From Methanobacteriota archaeon (GTDB taxonomy: Archaea > Altiarchaeota > Altiarchaeia > IMC4 > QMZM01), in contig JAKFXM010000207.1 in assembly GCA_021731385.1 (NCBI GenBank), positions 1 through 19,270 of the forward strand: DNA of 19,270 nucleotides, written 5' to 3'. Below are positions 16,501 through 19,270 of the stretch, one piece after another (the first letter of the stretch is position 1; each line of letters starts with the position of its first letter). The translations under genes and the position numbers were made by a program. The notes under the pieces are model-generated. The model searched no databases. It worked only from the letters and a program-made list of their open reading frames with translations, and was not told the origin of the DNA.

Positions 16501-17598
16501 AAATCCGGTAAAAAGGTTACAGTTTCCTGCGCAGAAGGCGAGATCGGGAGTGTCTATGACGGGCTTCTTGATTTTGAGATAAAGGAAATTGATCTTAAGG
16601 AATTGCCAAAGACAAAGACAAAGATAATGATGAATGTGGGGATGCCTGACAAGGCATTTGTCCAGGGTCAGATCCCATGTGATGGCGTCGGGCTTGCAAG
16701 GGAGGAATTCATAATAAATTCATACATAGGAATACATCCTCTTGCACTGCTAAATTATGACAAATTAAAGGAAACTGCAAGATCTGACAAAAGGATTGCC
16801 GATGTTATAAAAATTATAGACGAAAAAGCAAAGGGCTATGGGAACAAGGTTGAATTCTTTATTGACGAACTTGCAAGGGGAATTGCAAGGATTGCAGCAG
16901 GCTTTTACCCGAATGATGTAATTGTCAGATTCTCTGATTTCAAATCAAACGAGTATGCAAATCTTGTAGGCGGGTTCCTATATGAGCCGATGGAGCATAA
17001 TCCGATGATAGGATGGAGGGGTGCTTCAAGGTACTATGACAAGAATTTCAAGCCCGCATTTGGCCTGGAGTGCAAGGCAATCCTCAGGGTGAGAAATGAA
17101 TTTGGGCTTGAGAATGTAAAGGTAATGGTTCCATTCTGCAGGACTATTGATGAAGGTAAAAAGGTCATAGAAACAATGAGGGAATTTGGATTAAATCAAG
17201 GAGAGAATAATCTGCAGGTATATGTGATGTGCGAAATTCCAAGTAATGTTATACTTGCAGACAAATTTTCTGAAATATTTGATGGATTCAGCATTGGTTC
17301 AAATGACCTGACGCAACTTACCTTAGGACTTGACAGGGATTCATCTCTTGTTGCTCCCATATATGACGAGAGAAATGAGGCTGTGAAGAGGCTGGTGAAG
17401 CATGTCATAGAGGTTGTGCATAAACATAAGCCAAGAAGAAAGATAGGAATCTGCGGGCAAGCCCCTAGTGATCATGAAGATTTCGCCGCATTTTTGGTTG
17501 AGTGCGGGATTGATTCAATTTCCTTGAATCCTGATACAGTAATAAAGACAAGATTAAAGATCGCGGAAAAGGAGAGAGAGATTGGAATTTCTGCGTGA
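13588..17598 (+). CDS. ppsA: phosphoenolpyruvate synthase (pyruvate, water dikinase), intein-containing precursor
   Basis: 1336-aa ORF. The N-terminus ILWFDEIGIEDVPLVGGKNASLGEM matches the PpsA start. The phosphohistidine motif TNRGGRT/CHAAIVSRELGIPC is split by a 468-aa insertion, and the C-terminal PEP-utilising domain is present (NDLTQLTLGLDRDS). Extein length is about 868 aa, including a Lys-rich N-terminal extension of about 50 aa. An alternative GTG start exists at 13708. Confidence 0.85.
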   Translation: MAQSKPQISSKDKKNFANPKNSKGIFGPIEPEAQSGGKIFVPNQKLIVSDSGKKEKFILWFDEIGIEDVPLVGGKNASLGEMIRELSSEGINVPNGFAITAYAYNYLLKNAKIEEKIKSALADLDTHNINNLMERGKKVRDIILKAEFPEELKSEIIDAYSQMHKKFGYEGNPDVAIRSSATAEDLPDASFAGQQDTYLNIRGPDAVIDACKKCFASLFTDRAISYRTDKGFNHFDVYLSIAVQKMVRSDSASSGVVFSIDTESGFKDVVFITGSYGLGENIVKGAVNPDEIYVFKPTLKKGKKPIIGKKLGTKKIKMVYSDTGTKNIDTPEEESNRFCMTDDEALKLAEWTCIIEDHYSKKAGYYKPMDIEWAKDGDGIKIGSGKLFVVQARPETVHSQKNSKIIRTYILKETGTVLITGQAVGELIGKGEANNIASSEEITKFKKGQVLVTDMTDPDWEPIMKIASAIVTNRGGRTCFSGDTKILTNNGFMTMSEIFENHEGLFVPSLNRNTLKIEWKSILAVMKRQSEVIEIETSLTGRMKGNRLKLTPDHKMLTFENRQLVTKEIDKIVEEKEYLTIMDALPALSSSSERENDLAYLLGAISTDGHIYLTKTHGEVQLIQKPTKEKEAFIKEVDGCLNKVYGKRFNPKFREFRSFDFPLENRIKVSKKQESEGSIRGKPCIGSANAYRCYGKQIAISLLEEQQNFIQTLLYADESLILNFLAGVIDGDGSINGEGTRINIYCSKEGLLQQIVVGCLRLGILLQVTRNRNIYNVQIVEKLDRILEFTKRVKCHNKKNFLSGNFCVAEPKGLRHVSEAKPQPHAQSALKADSGKNDRKRIGTRFFSARQLLDDVKHKVNYKGRTLPCIDKNLLIDSEKIKRDLLGLCPEKIKNEIMKILSSDTRMQRVRKTANLGVQDVYNITIADNHNYVVFTDRYTPIIVNNCHAAIVSRELGIPCIIGTGNGTEILKSGKKVTVSCAEGEIGSVYDGLLDFEIKEIDLKELPKTKTKIMMNVGMPDKAFVQGQIPCDGVGLAREEFIINSYIGIHPLALLNYDKLKETARSDKRIADVIKIIDEKAKGYGNKVEFFIDELARGIARIAAGFYPNDVIVRFSDFKSNEYANLVGGFLYEPMEHNPMIGWRGASRYYDKNFKPAFGLECKAILRVRNEFGLENVKVMVPFCRTIDEGKKVIETMREFGLNQGENNLQVYVMCEIPSNVILADKFSEIFDGFSIGSNDLTQLTLGLDRDSSLVAPIYDERNEAVKRLVKHVIEVVHKHKPRRKIGICGQAPSDHEDFAAFLVECGIDSISLNPDTVIKTRLKIAEKEREIGISA
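15022..16425 (+). mobile_element. intein with LAGLIDADG homing-endonuclease domain inside ppsA
   Basis: The intein starts CFSGDTKILT (block A) directly after GGRT. Block B is LKLTPDH. The two LAGLIDADG motifs are LAYLLGAISTDGHIY and LNFLAGVIDGDGSI. Block F/G is VYNITIADNHNYVVF...IIVNN, followed by the extein CHAAIV. The insertion is 1404 nt (468 aa) and in frame. The penultimate residue is Asn rather than the usual His. Confidence 0.85.
15984..16087. repeat. hairpin-chain repeat element (copy A of conserved core) embedded in frame in the intein
   Basis: Hairpins are aaatttcc-tttca-ggaaattt (15984-16004), ctgagccc-aaa-gggctcag (16013-16031) and ctgaggc-gaa-gcctcag (16040-16056). The palindrome gacacgtgtc sits at 16031-16040, followed by ccacatg and then aatcagcc-ttaaa-ggctgatt (16067-16087). 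The segment is GC-rich relative to its flanks and encodes VAEPKGLRHVSEAKPQPHAQSALKADSG. Confidence 0.6.
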
Positions 17599-17642
17599 TT
17601 GAGTGAAATTTTGAGTAGGGTATCTAGATAAATTGAAGTTTC

Positions 17643-17691
17643 GACACCTTTGGTCCCGAACCGAATGTTTCGGTCTTGAACCGCAGGTGTC
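17643..17691. repeat. nested hairpin between ppsA stop and the next gene (possible terminator or structured 5' region)
   Basis: The outer stem is gacacct (17643-17649) pairing with aggtgtc (17685-17691). It encloses the inner hairpin accgaa-tgt-ttcggt (17660-17674) and an imperfect direct repeat ggtcccgaacc / ggtcttgaacc. cttgccctta follows. Confidence 0.4.
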
Positions 17692-17716
17692 TTGCCCTTA
17701 TAACGGAGGTGTTAGA

Positions 17717-18553
17717 GTGGATATTATCTTCCTTTCCGTAAATGATGTCCAGAGTTCAGAATACATAAGAGAGGGCAGCAAAAACCTGCTGAAGACAAGA
17801 TTCTGTACAGCAGATACAATTGCACTCTGCGGGAGGCTTGAGGACGCTGAGAGAACAAAATACGGTCCCAGGTTATGGATAAACGACGGGGAGAGATTCC
17901 CTGTCGTTATAGGAACCTTCAACAAGAATGTTCGGAGGGATGCGGAACAGATTGTTGACGAATTCAAAAAAAATAGCAAAAAAGAGACCTATGTCCTGAT
18001 CTATGGGAATCCCTATGAAACAGATAAGATCTACATAAATGTCAATCATGAGAATTGTGTCATTGTTGTGGATAAAGCAGTATATGAAAAATTCCACGAG
18101 ATGCGGAAACTTGCGGAGCAGCATGTGACAGAGCGACTTCGTCGCCCGAAAAATCGCAAGGCGATTTTTGGGTGTGGCGGAGAACCTTTGGTTCTCCGAC
18201 ATATATCTGAGCGATTTCATCGCTCAGCTATACCCAATTTGCCTCCGGCAAATTCGGGCTCTGACATATGTCCGAGAGGTTTTACCTCTCGGCCACATCT
18301 TACAAAGAAATCCGACACAAGTGAGAAAAAGATTGAGATAGTCAGGGAAAAAGGAATTTCCGGGGAAATTTCTGATTCTGATATAATAAATCTTATAAAG
18401 AAGGGGGATAAGAGTAGTGGGGTAAGGATTGATGAATTTCTAAAACTATTTGAAATTGAATCAAGGGCTAATATTGAAGAAAAAATCTATCAGATGGTTG
18501 AATCAGGCGAACTCTATGAGCCGAGGGCGGGATTTGTGAAGGTTGTTGAATAA
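17717..18553 (+). CDS. hypothetical protein with C-terminal winged-helix-like domain, carrying an in-frame hairpin-repeat insertion
   Basis: Start chosen at GTG 17717, which has the perfect SD GGAGGT at 17705-17710 and a 6-nt spacer. The six-frame ORF begins at an upstream TTG (17633) inside the hairpin region and is rejected. The K/E/I/N-rich N-domain and C-terminal helix-turn-helix-like segment (IINLIKKGDKSSGVRIDEFLKLF...) flank an R/P/G/S/C-rich insert of about 60 aa. Confidence 0.5.
   Translation: MDIIFLSVNDVQSSEYIREGSKNLLKTRFCTADTIALCGRLEDAERTKYGPRLWINDGERFPVVIGTFNKNVRRDAEQIVDEFKKNSKKETYVLIYGNPYETDKIYINVNHENCVIVVDKAVYEKFHEMRKLAEQHVTERLRRPKNRKAIFGCGGEPLVLRHISERFHRSAIPNLPPANSGSDICPRGFTSRPHLTKKSDTSEKKIEIVREKGISGEISDSDIINLIKKGDKSSGVRIDEFLKLFEIESRANIEEKIYQMVESGELYEPRAGFVKVVE
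18133..18299. repeat. hairpin-chain repeat element (copy B of conserved core) lying in frame inside the 17717-18553 CDS
   Basis: Six consecutive hairpins run in order: gcgac-ttc-gtcgc, aaaatcgc-aag-gcgatttt (18150-18168), ggagaacc-ttt-ggttctcc (18179-18197), tgagcgat-ttc-atcgctca (18208-18226), aatttgcc-tcc-ggcaaatt (18237-18255) and ccgagaggt-ttt-acctctcgg (18272-18292). The core gggctctgacatatgtc (18256-18272) and ccacatc are present. The frame has no stop codon and the segment is GC-rich relative to the surrounding gene. Confidence 0.6.
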
Positions 18554-18558
18554 AAAAC

Positions 18559-18942
18559 CTAAACCCTGCAAAACTCATTCCACACCCTGCCCATCCCTAA
18601 AACGTAAGAGGAGAATTCTTCTGAAATTCTTAGTTCATGAACCCCTCTGCTCTTATTATAGACCTTCTCCACCATTCCGGCATTTCTAAGCCTTTTCAGC
18701 ATGTTATGATATATGCTTTGCGTTATGCCCTTTTTTGTGCAGTAATTCTCCCAGCCCTTAACGCTGTATGGTGAGTCTGTCCTGCCCCATTCCTTTATAT
18801 GGCTCAGGAATTCCTTAGATATTTGGACAAGTTCAGGATTTTTCCAGAATATCTGTCTTAGAATGTGTTCTATGCTGTCTGGTGGTTCTTTTGGTTTGAA
18901 TTCAATCTTCAGTTTTGGTTTTTTCTTTATTATTTCCTTCAT
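18559..18942 (-). CDS. small putative winged-helix DNA-binding protein
   Basis: 127 aa. ATG at 18940-18942 is preceded by an AT-rich, TATA-like region (18943-19030). An HTH-like segment GITQSIYHNMLKRLRNAGMVEKV is present. It lies convergent with the upstream gene. Confidence 0.45.
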   Translation of the reverse strand: MKEIIKKKPKLKIEFKPKEPPDSIEHILRQIFWKNPELVQISKEFLSHIKEWGRTDSPYSVKGWENYCTKKGITQSIYHNMLKRLRNAGMVEKVYNKSRGVHELRISEEFSSYVLGMGRVWNEFCRV

Positions 18943-19035
18943 ATCTTATATTATCTCATCATGATATAAATATAAAAATAATTCAATATTTCATATAATT
19001 TGAAATAACATACAAAAAAATAAGAATATAAACAA

Positions 19036-19060
19036 CTGTCGGCTAAAGCCGACAGTTTTT
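19036..19060 (+). terminator. stem-loop followed by T5 (intrinsic-terminator-like)
   Basis: ctgtcggc-taaa-gccgacag (19036-19055) is followed by ttttt (19056-19060). It sits in the AT-rich spacer upstream of the minus-strand 18559-18942 gene, so orientation and function are uncertain. It could also be the first hairpin of the adjacent repeat element. Confidence 0.3.
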
Positions 19061-19068
19061 ATGCGCCT

Positions 19069-19270
19069 GAATCTGCCCCATATATTGAACTGCCCATTAA
19101 TCCGAGACCAGAGGTCTCGGAGCTTCGATGTGGCAGAGCCCTATGGGCTCTGACATATGTCGGAGGCATAGCCTCCGCCACACACCAAATGTGTCGAATT
19201 ATATGAAACTCCTAAAGGAGTTTCATAGATATGAATCTGCTTTGCAGATTCATATTAAAAGGGGCAGATT
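19069..19270. repeat. TIR-bounded hairpin-chain element (copy C of conserved core), MITE-like, truncated by window end
   Basis: The terminal inverted repeat is gaatctgcccc (19069-19079) pairing with ggggcagatt (19261-19270, running to the window end). Internal hairpins are ccgagacc-aga-ggtctcgg (19102-19120), cagagccc-tat-gggctctg (19134-19152), ggaggc-ata-gcctcc (19162-19176), gaaactcc-taaa-ggagtttc (19205-19224) and tgaatctgc-ttt-gcagattca (19232-19252). The palindrome gacatatgtc sits at 19152-19161, followed by ccacacacc. The core matches copies A and B. Confidence 0.6.

Noticed and set aside
17633-17716. TTG-initiated N-terminal extension of the 17633-18553 ORF
   Set aside because: The extension is composed of the intergenic nested hairpin and lacks an SD. 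GTG at 17717 has a perfect GGAGGT with a 6-nt spacer.
15984-19270. Possibility that the repeated hairpins are a CRISPR array
   Set aside because: The repeats are individually palindromic with different stem sequences, irregular spacing and no unique spacer-like units. Copies lie inside coding sequence, and no cas genes are present.

Overview
This is an archaeal-looking, AT-rich chromosomal segment with tightly packed, often overlapping genes and GGAGG-type ribosome-binding sites. It reads as a core-genome region carrying five or more copies of a short palindromic (hairpin-chain) repeat family. Protein calls come from motifs I recognise by eye in the supplied ORF translations. Read left to right, the window contains the following.

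- **Minus-strand operon (108-2481):** a polytopic membrane protein, an SPFH/stomatin protein and a 3-hexulose-6-phosphate-synthase-family protein.
- **Divergent intergenic region (2530-2796):** a palindrome-dense stretch, including an IR-bounded segment of about 172 bp.
- **Replication factor C large subunit (2797-4080).**
- **Minus-strand lipid-related cluster (4077-7500):** a Tes/GDGT-MAS (MJ0619)-like radical SAM enzyme, a CDP-alcohol phosphatidyltransferase and two coiled-coil proteins.
- **Minus-strand ABC operon (7597-12443):** MacB/LolD-like ATPase, a COG1361/DUF11-type surface protein and two tandem FtsX/MacB-type permeases.
- **Orphan NurA-family nuclease (12488-13510).**
- **Phosphoenolpyruvate synthase (13588-17598):** split by a 468-aa LAGLIDADG intein sitting in the phosphohistidine motif.
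- **Hypothetical gene with a C-terminal winged-helix domain (17717-18553), and a small wHTH protein (18559-18942).**

The most unusual signal is a family of chained 8-9 bp hairpins with 3-4 nt loops, sharing a conserved core GGGCTC(W)GACAYRTGTC-hairpin-CCACA. This core occurs three times. One copy is in frame inside the ppsA intein. One is in frame inside the hypothetical gene, where it encodes a compositionally foreign R/P/G/S/C-rich segment. One sits in a TIR-bounded element of at least 202 bp at the window end. Further palindrome chains of a possibly different repeat family lie upstream of rfcL and downstream of ppsA. No rRNA, tRNA or CRISPR array was found.
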